Sequence record: PP885688.1
DNA length: 64,000 nucleotides
Direction: 5' to 3' (one strand)
Shown here: positions 37,029 through 45,731 of the stretch, piece by piece
Layout of the letters: the number at the start of each line of letters is the position of its first letter
Position numbering within the stretch: position 1 is the stretch's first letter
The notes under the pieces: generated by a model
Seen by the model: the letters and a program-made list of their open reading frames with translations, nothing else
Told to the model about the DNA's origin: nothing
The model's database searches: none
Position numbers and translations under genes: made by a program

Positions 37029-37436
37029 TTACCTTTTCCGTGGGGCTAGGGCGCTCAATATAGCGCGGTTGATCCGCTTGGACTGGGCCTCGCTGTTTGG
37101 GGTGCGTATGAACGAATGGATCGATCCATCTTCCTCCACCACCATGCCAACGTGTCCATTACCATCCTCGTCGACCCCTAGAATGCCGTTGACGATACCT
37201 AAGACACCGACAGTACTCTCTAGTTCACCTGGCTCGTTCTCCGGAGTCCTTACCTGGACGGTAGGATGGTCGGTGAGGGCCTCGTTGCAGCGAACGCGAT
37301 GAGCGAATAGCTTCTTCATCGCTTCTGGGTCTGCAGCGAGTGCTGAGTTCAAGACCTCGACGGCCTTGATGACTGACCCATTGAGGACAGCTTGGGTACC
37401 GATGGCTCCCATCGTGTCTGTGACGGATGTTTCCAT
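37029..37436 (-). CDS. Conserved phage hypothetical protein (135 aa)
   Basis: LNSALAADPEAM..L...RV.CN..L.DHPTVQV...VGVLGIVNGILG pattern. Confidence 0.7.
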   Translation of the reverse strand: METSVTDTMGAIGTQAVLNGSVIKAVEVLNSALAADPEAMKKLFAHRVRCNEALTDHPTVQVRTPENEPGELESTVGVLGIVNGILGVDEDGNGHVGMVVEEDGSIHSFIRTPNSEAQSKRINRAILSALAPRKR

Positions 37437-37438
37437 AA

Positions 37439-37747
37439 TTACTCCTCCTCCGTAAACTTCACGGTCCTGCTTCCCGGTTTAGCGGTAGGATCATGCCTTA
37501 CGTCCAGCCAGAAAATAGTTACCCGGCCATCCCACTTCTCCCAGCGATACTTCCTGCCTTCGAGGTCCTTCAGATGAATCTCTTTGAACTTGCCGTAGCG
37601 CGTGCGGCCATCGACTCCGAGCATGGACTGCCCAATGAAGGCGCTACCCTTCTGGTGCCAGTACCTGCCGCACAGCCGAGTGAACTCCTGTGCCAGCAGG
37701 TCCTGCTGTTCAGCGAAGGCCTTTGCGATCGCTACTTCATCGTTCAC
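37439..37747 (-). CDS. Hypothetical protein (102 aa)
   Basis: GTGA overlap with the RNA ligase. Confidence 0.65.
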   Translation of the reverse strand: MNDEVAIAKAFAEQQDLLAQEFTRLCGRYWHQKGSAFIGQSMLGVDGRTRYGKFKEIHLKDLEGRKYRWEKWDGRVTIFWLDVRHDPTAKPGSRTVKFTEEE

Positions 37748-38844
37748 GAGAAGTCCTCGTCGCTACCCTTGAACTTCGAGTTGATGACCTTCGTGTACAG
37801 AGGGAAGCCTTCGCTCGCACGACGTGGTGTCACCGGGGAAAGTACGCCGCCTTCGCTTACATGCAGGCTCTTGCCGGAGACGCGTTCCTTGCCCTTCACC
37901 TTCTCGAAGAGCTCTTCCGCGTTCTCAGGGTAGGCACCGGACCAGATCAGCGGCACCCAGTTGTCGCGGAACCAGCCGAACCCGCGAATGTGCGCGATTG
38001 TGTCGTAGGGTGTCTCTACGCCATCGATCAGCAGGCGGAAGACACGCAGCGTTGGCTCAGTCGCGCCATAGGTGAAGCCACCCTTCTGGCACGGGAAGAC
38101 CTCAGCGAATACCTGGACCTCAGCGCCTTTGAAAGGTTCGAGCGCCTTCAGCAGTCCGACGTTGAATACGGCCTTCCAGTAGAGAACCGACTCGCTCGGG
38201 TTGTTACCGTTCGCGACGTAGCAGTGGCCATCCTCGGTCGAAGACTTCGAGCTGACAACCGCTTCACCCTCGGAGGTGGCGTAGATCGAAACCTGGCTGC
38301 CGTGAACCTTCTCGAACAGGTTGACCTGCTCGCCAACGACAAACTCGCGTTGGTAGATGCGGAACTGCTCGACATCATGCTTCTTGGCGAAGCGCATGAA
38401 AGGGGCCTCGGTCAGTGTGCCGAGCAAACACTCCGGGATCGGTGCCTTGTACTTGGTGATGCCGAGGTGCTTCGACATGTCCCAGTTGTAGGGGAGATCG
38501 TCGGGATCGAGGAGCACGCCGCTATCTACCAGCTTCGCAAGAGCCCAGCTCAAGGGGATCGTCACACCTTCTGACAGCTCGCCACGCAGGCGCACGGACT
38601 TGACGCGATCGTGATTCTCACCGGCGAGGTAGCTGACGCCGGTCATGCTGTTCACGTAGTGAGGGCGGAGATCTTCGGGGAGAACAGAGCGCTCCGGCGC
38701 GAAGACGACGACGTCACCGTTCTTGTATCCGTTTTCCTTGGAGACGACGACCTGGAATGGGCCTACCTTACCGACTTCAAGCTTGTCGGTGGTTGGGTGA
38801 GGGAAGAGCTCGATCGGTGCTGCGACTACCTGCCACTGTGCCAT
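37744..38844 (-). CDS. RNA ligase, DRB0094/Rnl5 family (N-terminal OB domain plus nucleotidyltransferase)
   Basis: HPTTDKLEVG.V....VVV, V...RLRGELSEG, GITKY..PIP, FEKVHGS (motif I), FAEVF, FRL, SEGGV, KVIN. Confidence 0.85.
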   Translation of the reverse strand: MAQWQVVAAPIELFPHPTTDKLEVGKVGPFQVVVSKENGYKNGDVVVFAPERSVLPEDLRPHYVNSMTGVSYLAGENHDRVKSVRLRGELSEGVTIPLSWALAKLVDSGVLLDPDDLPYNWDMSKHLGITKYKAPIPECLLGTLTEAPFMRFAKKHDVEQFRIYQREFVVGEQVNLFEKVHGSQVSIYATSEGEAVVSSKSSTEDGHCYVANGNNPSESVLYWKAVFNVGLLKALEPFKGAEVQVFAEVFPCQKGGFTYGATEPTLRVFRLLIDGVETPYDTIAHIRGFGWFRDNWVPLIWSGAYPENAEELFEKVKGKERVSGKSLHVSEGGVLSPVTPRRASEGFPLYTKVINSKFKGSDEDFS

Positions 38845-38900
38845 GACTATCTCTCTTTGAAGTGGTTACAAAATGTAACGGGTTGAAATTTTATGTTGAG

Positions 38901-39155
38901 CTACCGGCCCGGCGAGCCAGCTATGTAGAAGCCTTCCTCTACGTTCTCTGCGTGGAACTCCTGCTCATCCACGCCGATGTGAATGGGCCGAAGTTCTCCG
39001 TGCTCAAGCCAGTACTTGATGAACTGGCTCATCGGTTTTTCTGCGTGATGGTCAAAGGACATCCGGGAAACGAGCAGTCCTTTGGAGTTGAGGAGGGACA
39101 GCTCGAAACGTTCCCTGACGTAGGCGACGGTGCAGGTGCCGGGGGTCCTTACCAT
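38901..39155 (-). CDS. Hypothetical protein (84 aa)
   Basis: Overlaps the upstream stop, GGGAGG RBS. Confidence 0.55.
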   Translation of the reverse strand: MVRTPGTCTVAYVRERFELSLLNSKGLLVSRMSFDHHAEKPMSQFIKYWLEHGELRPIHIGVDEQEFHAENVEEGFYIAGSPGR

Positions 39156-39925
39156 TTGCCCCTCCCGCGTTTCGTGACCCAGCTCGGTGGCTGGTAGCCT
39201 TTCGGCTTCGTTGGTTCAGTCCTGCGGCGTGGTTCGACGTAGGGAATGCTGTCGACCACCAGGTGCTCAGCGAGAGCGGCCTCGGCCTGGGCCTTCGTGA
39301 AAGCCTCTGCGATCTGCGCGTGCAGGTCCTTCTTACCGCCATTTAGGGCGAGCAGCTTCTCGCAGAGCGGCGAGGTGCAGCCGACTCTTACTTCGTGGGT
39401 CTCGGTATCCAGGCCTTCGCGCTTTGAGCCCTCGACGTAGTGCATGAACTGGCCGTAGTGAAAGTCAGGAGTGCCGATGACGAGGACCTTGATGTTGCCG
39501 CCTTTGCCGGTGAGCGGAGTAGCAACTACCTTCGTCTTCTCCTCAACCTGATCGACCTCGAAGATGTCTGGCAGAGGCTTGGCAAACGTGACGCCCATCG
39601 CCTCCGCTTTTGCCTTCGTGATATCCGGCGTGTTCTCGAAGTCGAAGTAGACGATCGGCGGCTGGTGCTCGCGGTTCAAGCGGCTCAGCGCCTGAAGGTG
39701 GATCATCGGTGTCCAGCGGTGAGTTCCGTACACTTCGTAGGTGTCTCCGACTTCGAATCCACCATGCGGTGGCAGATCGCTGATGCTGTCTGCTCCCGTC
39801 TTCAGAAAGTCCTTGCCGACCAAGCGAGGTGCCGCGTCGCGCATCATGTCCCACAGCGAGCGCATCGGCTTCTCTTCCTCTAGGATCTCGTGCTCGTTTG
39901 CAGAAATTTGGTTCAGTTCAGACAC
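39149..39925 (-). CDS. Hypothetical protein (258 aa)
   Basis: Codon-biased ORF in an operon. Confidence 0.65.
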   Translation of the reverse strand: MSELNQISANEHEILEEEKPMRSLWDMMRDAAPRLVGKDFLKTGADSISDLPPHGGFEVGDTYEVYGTHRWTPMIHLQALSRLNREHQPPIVYFDFENTPDITKAKAEAMGVTFAKPLPDIFEVDQVEEKTKVVATPLTGKGGNIKVLVIGTPDFHYGQFMHYVEGSKREGLDTETHEVRVGCTSPLCEKLLALNGGKKDLHAQIAEAFTKAQAEAALAEHLVVDSIPYVEPRRRTEPTKPKGYQPPSWVTKRGRGKW

Positions 39926-40205
39926 TTGCGTTCTCCGTGGTGGGTTGTGCAGCGTGGGTGTATGGGCTCCAGCCGAGGGGCATGGGAGCGTGAGTCAGTC
40001 CCTTGTCCTTGCGGGCCTCGAAGAACTTGGTGAGGCAGGGCATGCAGGTGCAGTAAGGGAAGCGGATGCCCTTGTAGCGCTTGAAAGATCCGCAGGGTTT
40101 CTCGTTGCGGAAGTCAGTGCGTATGAGGTACGCGGCCACCTTCTTGCTCTTACCCTTGGGCTCAGCGACGACGACATACTGCGGTTGATCAGGCATGCGC
40201 GACAC
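39918..40205 (-). CDS. Hypothetical basic Cys-containing protein
   Basis: CTCMPC motif; overlaps neighbours. Confidence 0.55.
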   Translation of the reverse strand: MSRMPDQPQYVVVAEPKGKSKKVAAYLIRTDFRNEKPCGSFKRYKGIRFPYCTCMPCLTKFFEARKDKGLTHAPMPLGWSPYTHAAQPTTENASV

Positions 40206-40488
40206 CTCGCTGTAGCGTTATGGTGGACTTGAGGATGTGGCCGAGGCGTGACATCTCGCCGCCGCGTCCGCCGATGAAGAGCTCCCCTTCGCCAAGGTGG
40301 AGTGTTGAGGGAGCGTGGCTCGGGTAGTTCTCCAGCAGACGCTGCTCAGCCTCCGAGTAGTCCTGGCTGATGATGTTCAGCTTGGCCTTGATGTTGTAGG
40401 GACCATTTGATAAGAACGTCTGGAGAGCGTGTGCCTGCCGTCTCCGTCTGTAGCTTCGTTGTGTCCGTACCTTGAATTGGTGCGACAT
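40189..40488 (-). CDS. Hypothetical basic protein (99 aa)
   Basis: GAGAGG RBS after a class II-like motif. Confidence 0.6.
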   Translation of the reverse strand: MSHQFKVRTQRSYRRRRQAHALQTFLSNGPYNIKAKLNIISQDYSEAEQRLLENYPSHAPSTLHLGEGELFIGGRGGEMSRLGHILKSTITLQRGVAHA

Positions 40489-40508
40489 GCGAATTGCGTC
40501 CTCTCTTG

Positions 40509-40543
40509 CAACCTACAAACCTGATCGGGCCTGAGATCTCTCC
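40509..40543 (-). promoter_or_regulatory. Class II promoter motif (degenerate upstream box)
   Basis: GGAGAGATCTCAG-N13-TGTAGGTTG. Confidence 0.45.
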
Positions 40544-40556
40544 CAGGCCCCTGGGG

Positions 40557-41123
40557 TTATTTCGCGGGTGGTGTGGTTGGTGCTGGTGTCGCCGCAGCTG
40601 GTGTGGCTGCAGGAGTCGCCGCCGGTGTCGCAGCGGGAGCTGTGACCGCAGCTGCTGTCGGCGCTACACCGCCAGCGGGAACCGGCGTGGGTGTGGCTGC
40701 AGGAGTCGCAGGCTTCAACGCGCTTGCAGGGATCCTGACGAACCCAAGTGAGTCGTTGTCGAAGATCACATCCGGTCCCCACTTGTGGGCAAGCTTGACG
40801 AGATCAACCTTGTGCATGAAGGCCGCACGCCACTCGGCGCGTTCCTTTTCAAGACCGTCGATCTGACCCTGTAGAGGATCGATCTTGCCTTGAATGACCT
40901 GCTCCTGAAGCAGGATGATGTGGCCGTCCTTGTAGAACGAGCTCAGGTCTTTGATCTCATCGTCAGACATGGGGATCGGTGTGGAGCCCGGAGGAATCAC
41001 CTGCTGCTGTGGCTGCTGCTGACGCTGCGGCTGACGGGCGCGGGGGTTTTGTGGGGCTTGGGCGAACGTCGACGCGGTCGCGAAGACGATGAGGAGGGCG
41101 AGGAAGGTCGTGAATCTCTTCAA
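40557..41123 (-). CDS. Exported protein with Gln-rich linker and Pro/Ala/Thr-rich tail
   Basis: TTG start with AAGGAG RBS; signal peptide FTTFLALLIVFATASTFAQ; (PAAT)n tail. Confidence 0.75.
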   Translation of the reverse strand: MKRFTTFLALLIVFATASTFAQAPQNPRARQPQRQQQPQQQVIPPGSTPIPMSDDEIKDLSSFYKDGHIILLQEQVIQGKIDPLQGQIDGLEKERAEWRAAFMHKVDLVKLAHKWGPDVIFDNDSLGFVRIPASALKPATPAATPTPVPAGGVAPTAAAVTAPAATPAATPAATPAAATPAPTTPPAK

Positions 41124-41209
41124 GTGATGCTCCTTTGAACGGTTCCTGGTTGAGGGCATCCGGTTGGCTCGGCCAAGCAGGTCCCAACGCAATAGCGCGT
41201 ACAAAGGGG

Positions 41210-41245
41210 TAATACCCACCCACCGGGCGGCAGGGGGATTATTGA
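41210..41245 (-). promoter_or_regulatory. Class I promoter motif
   Basis: TCAATAATCCCC-N16-GGGTATTA. Confidence 0.7.
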
Positions 41246-41269
41246 AGAGAGAATATTTTTGTGGAAATC

Positions 41270-41611
41270 CTAGAAGCTGGGGATCTTGAAGAAGCTGGTG
41301 GCCGCCGAGACCTGAAGGATGTCGGTTAGTGCCGTCTTTACGCAGTCCTCACTCGACAGGATCGCGGCGACCCGGCGCTGCAGATGCTTGATGCCGGGGA
41401 TCACGTCCTGAGACAAAGTGCGGGCGGCGGCGGCGAACTCCTCGGTGCGGGTCTCCAGCTCATCCTGATTCATCTGGGTCGCCAGGTCATCGAGGTTCTC
41501 GGCCAGCGCGATCAGCTCGTCCTTGAGGGCATCGTTGGTGGTGTCGTAGTAGGCGGTCGATACGCTCTGGGCTGCTCTCTCGATAACTTCGCGTGCGTCT
41601 AACTGGGTCAT
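41270..41611 (-). CDS. Small helical hypothetical protein (113 aa)
   Basis: ATGA coupling to the lipoprotein gene. Confidence 0.7.
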   Translation of the reverse strand: MTQLDAREVIERAAQSVSTAYYDTTNDALKDELIALAENLDDLATQMNQDELETRTEEFAAAARTLSQDVIPGIKHLQRRVAAILSSEDCVKTALTDILQVSAATSFFKIPSF

Positions 41612-42402
41612 TTCTTATCTCCTGTTGCGAGCCGGTGGTGGGTCTCGGCTAGTTGCTGGATCGCTTCCTGTGCGGCGGCGAGATCGCTGTCGGCCTTCTT
41701 CGCGTCGACCTCGATCTGGGTGAGCTTCAAGATCTCGTTGCGCTTCTCGACCGGGCCGAACTTGTCGTGGTTCACCTTGATGAACTGGCTTTGCTCGATC
41801 AGCAGCACGCGGTAGTCGCCGGTGGTCTGTTGGCGCAGCGTGTGGAAGTCTGCAGAGAGCAGGGAACAGATGGTCTGCACCGAAGGATCGGCGGCCTTGA
41901 GCATCGGGGTCAGATCGCGGCGGACCTTGTGATTGATGTAGGGCTTGACGGCGGCATCGAGCGCGGTGAACGCCAGATTGAGCTGCTGCGTCGTGAGGGT
42001 GTGCGCGGTAGTCTTGGCCGCAGTCTTTGCCTGAGCAGTGACCGCAGGCGTCGTCATGGTGGATTTGGCGGGGGAAGGCTTGCCGGTGGCGAGCTCGTTG
42101 ACCAGGCTCGAATACTCGCGCAGGGAACTGATCGCGGCGTCGCGCGTCTTCAGTTCTTCAGGCGACATGAAGGGGACGATGTAGCCGGGCTTGTATCCCT
42201 TCGTCTCGTAGTTGGTGACCAGCTGGGCCTGCTCTTCGAGAGTGTGGACGTCATTGGTGGTCGTATAGGCCGAAGAGATTCTGTCGAGAGAGGGGGCGGC
42301 ACCGGCGGAGAACGCGGTGACACTCTTCACCCACGGGCCGGTCGAACATCCGGCGATGGGGTATAGGCATAGCAGAAGGAAGTAGCGCAGCAGACGACGC
42401 AT
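41608..42402 (-). CDS. Putative helical lipoprotein
   Basis: MRRLLRYFLLLCLYPIAG-C lipobox; GAGG RBS. Confidence 0.75.
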   Translation of the reverse strand: MRRLLRYFLLLCLYPIAGCSTGPWVKSVTAFSAGAAPSLDRISSAYTTTNDVHTLEEQAQLVTNYETKGYKPGYIVPFMSPEELKTRDAAISSLREYSSLVNELATGKPSPAKSTMTTPAVTAQAKTAAKTTAHTLTTQQLNLAFTALDAAVKPYINHKVRRDLTPMLKAADPSVQTICSLLSADFHTLRQQTTGDYRVLLIEQSQFIKVNHDKFGPVEKRNEILKLTQIEVDAKKADSDLAAAQEAIQQLAETHHRLATGDKK

Positions 42403-42455
42403 GAGGACCTCTCACCAAGGGTGAGAAAGTCAGCTGACGGATCTACACTGGTGCC

Positions 42456-42647
42456 ATGGCACAAGACAAGTGGACTCCCGAAGCCGTCTCTCGCATACTC
42501 ATCAATCCGCACTACGTCCTCACCACTCCGCCGGTGGTGACCGAGGAGCGGTGGATCGAAGCCAACGTGAAACTGTTGCGTGACATGGGGGCAGAGACCT
42601 ACCTGGCGACGCTGCTGTCGGTACTGAGAGCCGACTTGGGTAACTAG
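42456..42647 (+). CDS. Hypothetical protein (63 aa), probably leaderless
   Basis: TACACT 6 nt before the ATG. Confidence 0.6.
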   Translation: MAQDKWTPEAVSRILINPHYVLTTPPVVTEERWIEANVKLLRDMGAETYLATLLSVLRADLGN

Positions 42648-42685
42648 TGAGTCAATAAACCCAGTAACTCTCTCCCAGAGCAACC

Positions 42686-42716
42686 AAAAAGGCCTCCTTG
42701 ACGGGAGGCCTTCTCG
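42686..42716. terminator. Stem-loop terminator
   Basis: AAAAAGGCCTCC-TTGACG-GGAGGCCTTCTC. Confidence 0.6.
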
Positions 42717-42762
42717 CTATACACTCATTGGACTCAAGTCTTTAGCGAATTAGGAGAACGGA

Positions 42763-43257
42763 ATGAACACTGTGTTGAAACTTGCTCCCTGCCTTGTTTT
42801 CTGGTGTACCTTGGCGCTCGGCCAAACTGTATCTACGAACCCCAGCATAGTGTCGACCACGACGATCGAACTGTTCCAGAAATACGTGCAGTCTTTGGGT
42901 TTCGAGTGTCAGCGTGCCAAGGACGAAAAGGGGAAGGACGACACCTTCTTCACGTTCCGCGCCGAGGGCTACAAAATAGCTGCATTTGTGCCAGCACCAA
43001 CTCGAATCGAGCTTGATGTGGTCTTTACTGACATTCATCTCAGTCTGGCTGATCTGAATGAGTGGAACAAAGCCAACAGCCTCTCACGTGCCTATATGGA
43101 CAGCGCGGGAGAGCCCATCTTACAAAACGAGATTGACCTCACGGGGGGCGTGACACAGGAGAACCTCACCTGGTTCATTCGAAACTTCCGAGAGTCAGCT
43201 GTTAAATGGGCCCGCTTTGGTTTAGACAAAGACAGCAGCACCGCTGGAAAGAAGTAA
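42763..43257 (+). CDS. Exported YbjN-like (T3SS-chaperone fold) protein
   Basis: Signal peptide; LNEWNKANSLSRAYMD..G.PILQNEIDL.GGVT.ENL..FI..F pattern. Confidence 0.7.
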   Translation: MNTVLKLAPCLVFWCTLALGQTVSTNPSIVSTTTIELFQKYVQSLGFECQRAKDEKGKDDTFFTFRAEGYKIAAFVPAPTRIELDVVFTDIHLSLADLNEWNKANSLSRAYMDSAGEPILQNEIDLTGGVTQENLTWFIRNFRESAVKWARFGLDKDSSTAGKK

Positions 43258-43262
43258 GCCCA

Positions 43263-43379
43263 ATGCTAGTCTTCACCATCTTCACCTTGGCCGGGATCGG
43301 ACTGTTCATCACTAAACATAAGGGATGGGGAAGCCTGTGCTTCCTGATCGCTCTCGTCGCGATCATCATGATGCTCTAG
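43263..43379 (+). CDS. 38-aa two-helix membrane peptide
   Basis: MLVFTIFTLAGIGLFITKHKGWGSLCFLIALVAIIMML; not in the ORF track. Confidence 0.5.
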   Translation: MLVFTIFTLAGIGLFITKHKGWGSLCFLIALVAIIMML

Positions 43380-43416
43380 ATCCTTCGTGCATCACACCTA
43401 GCACCAAGGAGTACTT

Positions 43417-43447
43417 GGCCAGGGGAGTTGATCCCCTGGCCGTTTTT
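43417..43447 (+). terminator. Intrinsic terminator
   Basis: GGCCAGGGGA-GTTGA-TCCCCTGGCC followed by GTTTTT. Confidence 0.7.
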
Positions 43448-43520
43448 ACGCTCCACTATACGTAATCACCGTTATCAGACGTTCTATCAATAACTTACAG
43501 GAAATACTTAAAGTAGCATA

Positions 43521-43718
43521 TCACGTATCCTTGTCCTGTAGGTGCTCATCTTGGTTCAGTCGGTCCAGTACCTTCCTACGAAGCCGTCGCAGGGTTCGAT
43601 AGCTGCTTGCAGTCCATTCTTGATAGTCTCCTTCGCCTTGCTCACCAGCTCCAGCGATCGCGGCCATGTCGGCGATCAGGTTCAGCTCGTTCTTCGTGAA
43701 GCGCACTCTCTTCATCAC
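43521..43718 (-). CDS. Hypothetical protein (65 aa)
   Basis: GAGGTG RBS. Confidence 0.6.
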   Translation of the reverse strand: MMKRVRFTKNELNLIADMAAIAGAGEQGEGDYQEWTASSYRTLRRLRRKVLDRLNQDEHLQDKDT

Positions 43719-43789
43719 TCACCTCTACTAGTGAATGTCCACGAAACGGTGAAATGTGCGGTTGGCTCAGGATTTATTTTCGGGCCGGT

Positions 43790-44254
43790 TCAGATCTGCG
43801 TCTTGCAGTCGTAGCACTCGGTGTATGGCATGCCGATCGTCGTACGCTCGACCTTGATCGGATGCTTACACTCACGCAGCTCGTAGCCGGTTCCGTCACA
43901 CTTCGGACAATCCTTCGCGGACTCGCCGGGCGTTCCATCCAGCTTCCCGGGCGTTCCCGGGATCAACCCGGCGGAGCAGCCATGCACACATGGCCGCGAG
44001 TAGTCACGCTGAGATTCGTTACGGAGAACACCAAAGGCCTCAACGCCCGGCTGGATCGTTAGATTCTTGGCAACCTCACGGCCTTGTTCCTCGGTAAGTA
44101 CGCCATACACCATGGATCCCCCAAACTCATTGGTGAGGGTGATCGTGATCTTTGGACCCACCACATCCGAGAGGGCCTGGACGGCGGTCAATAGGGCGGT
44201 GTGGTACGCGGCGTCATAGTTCGTCGAGGTAGGGTTCCAGGTATCAAGTGGCAT
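43790..44254 (-). CDS. Hypothetical protein with C-terminal Cys clusters, leaderless
   Basis: CVHGC, CPKCDGTG, C.H and C..C motifs; ATG 6 nt after a class I motif. Confidence 0.7.
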   Translation of the reverse strand: MPLDTWNPTSTNYDAAYHTALLTAVQALSDVVGPKITITLTNEFGGSMVYGVLTEEQGREVAKNLTIQPGVEAFGVLRNESQRDYSRPCVHGCSAGLIPGTPGKLDGTPGESAKDCPKCDGTGYELRECKHPIKVERTTIGMPYTECYDCKTQI

Positions 44255-44260
44255 GGTGGC

Positions 44261-44296
44261 TAATACCGCCGTACAGTTCGGTTCAGCGGTTATCGA
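44261..44296 (-). promoter_or_regulatory. Class I promoter motif, leaderless geometry
   Basis: TCGATAACCGCT-N16-CGGTATTA. Confidence 0.7.
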
Positions 44297-44493
44297 TTGG
44301 AATTATTTTCGACGCGCTCCAGCTTCGCGATCGGATACTTGAACCACTCCAGGTTGGTGTCTTTCAGATTGATGCTGGCTGTACCGGCCTCGTGGTCGAT
44401 CGCCGTGATGATGCAGATCGCGCGAGTATCTGAGTCGGTGCGGTAGACCTTCTCTCCTACCTTGAGTGGCGGCGGTGTCTTCTTCGTGGCCAT
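44290..44493 (-). CDS. Small SH3/KOW-like hypothetical protein
   Basis: LKVGEKVY......ITAID....ASI pattern. Confidence 0.55.
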   Translation of the reverse strand: MATKKTPPPLKVGEKVYRTDSDTRAICIITAIDHEAGTASINLKDTNLEWFKYPIAKLERVENNSNR

Positions 44494-44494
44494 G

Positions 44495-44767
44495 TTAGTG
44501 CTCGATCTCTTTGATCTGAGCCTCAATGATATCGAGCTGCAGAAACGTTCTCGTTTGAGAGCAGATGGCATGCATGATGACGCGGAGGCTGTGAGCGGTG
44601 CGGCCCTGCTTCCCTACTACCTTCCCCACATCGGACGGATGGACTTCCAGCAGGAGGACGTCGCCGCGTGCTGTCCCTACGATCGAGACCGCAACACAGT
44701 CAGGTCGGTCTACGAGCAAACGTACGATAGCCGCGAAGCTATCCACTATCTGTTGTTCTCGCTCCAT
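44495..44767 (-). CDS. khpA: KhpA (UPF0109) KH-domain RNA-binding protein
   Basis: IVRLLVDRPDCV, LEVHPSDVGKVVGKQGRTAHSLR, LDI. Confidence 0.85.
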   Translation of the reverse strand: MEREQQIVDSFAAIVRLLVDRPDCVAVSIVGTARGDVLLLEVHPSDVGKVVGKQGRTAHSLRVIMHAICSQTRTFLQLDIIEAQIKEIEH

Positions 44768-44815
44768 TGGAGCTTAAACATTATCAGAAGTCACTTTGCG
44801 GCCTGTTTGGTGTGG

Positions 44816-45115
44816 CTACAACCTTGAAGCAATAATCTTTCCGATTAGCCCACATACGGTCGTGCCAAAGACGAGCGCGGCTGCCTTGTCGTGGCCGTTC
44901 ATCACCAGATAGGCGAAGATTCCCAGCGAGGTCATGAGAGCCGCCGTCCCGGCTACAAGCGCCCGCGTCGCATATCGGTTGGCCCGCATCCCCTCGTTGT
45001 CTATGAGCTGGAAGAGGGCCTTCACCTTCTCATCCGACAGGGCCGCGAGGTCCTTCGCTGTGTATGGTAGAAGTGGCTTTTTGGGTTTGGCCTTCGCCAG
45101 CGTAACGTCAGGCAT
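44816..45115 (-). CDS. Small two-TM membrane protein
   Basis: Two C-terminal hydrophobic helices. Confidence 0.6.
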   Translation of the reverse strand: MPDVTLAKAKPKKPLLPYTAKDLAALSDEKVKALFQLIDNEGMRANRYATRALVAGTAALMTSLGIFAYLVMNGHDKAAALVFGTTVCGLIGKIIASRL

Positions 45116-45623
45116 GGGAGTCTTGCGACAGCCTCGCTTTGAGCTGTTTTACTAAATACTCGGCCTGCGCCGTTGTGCGTTCAGACGCGGTAGCGGACAG
45201 TTTGCCGTTGATGATCAGAAGCTCGCCCGCTAGCTTATCGAGCATCACAGTTGTGGGCTCCTTAGGCGCGGAGCGTCTCCCGATCACTGCTGCAAGGTCG
45301 ACCGTTCGGTCATCGTCGACATCTTCAGCGTCGTCCTCGGTGTAGCCCTCGATGTGTGGTGTGCGTTGGCCACCAACTCGGAAAAAACCCTTCGGTGGCA
45401 TCATGGCTTCCGACGGTTCCTGGCGAGACAATACCACGGCTCCCTCTGTAGTCATGGCAGCCTCAGTCTGGACACGTTCACGCTGAACGACGAGGGCCTC
45501 TACTTCGACCTCTTCCGGGTCGTCTGCAAATACTTGGGTAGCGGCTCCTGGTTGGCGGGCTTCGTAAAACAACGCCCCTCCACTGAATCCATCCAGGAAC
45601 GCTTCAAAGGTCGGATTTAGCAT
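45108..45623 (-). CDS. Hypothetical protein (171 aa)
   Basis: TATACT box and GGGAG RBS upstream. Confidence 0.55.
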   Translation of the reverse strand: MLNPTFEAFLDGFSGGALFYEARQPGAATQVFADDPEEVEVEALVVQRERVQTEAAMTTEGAVVLSRQEPSEAMMPPKGFFRVGGQRTPHIEGYTEDDAEDVDDDRTVDLAAVIGRRSAPKEPTTVMLDKLAGELLIINGKLSATASERTTAQAEYLVKQLKARLSQDSHA

Positions 45624-45731
45624 CGCGTAACTCCCTTCCCTTAGTCTAAGTATAGACGCTCAGGCCTGGTCTCGGGATTCATCCGAGTGGGGGCCAGTGT
45701 ACCACTAAGTGATTAGCTGGTAAGGCATTTC

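Noticed and set aside
40557-40700. GC-rich short repeats as a DNA-level repeat element
   Set aside because: They are explained by the (PAAT)n low-complexity protein tail.
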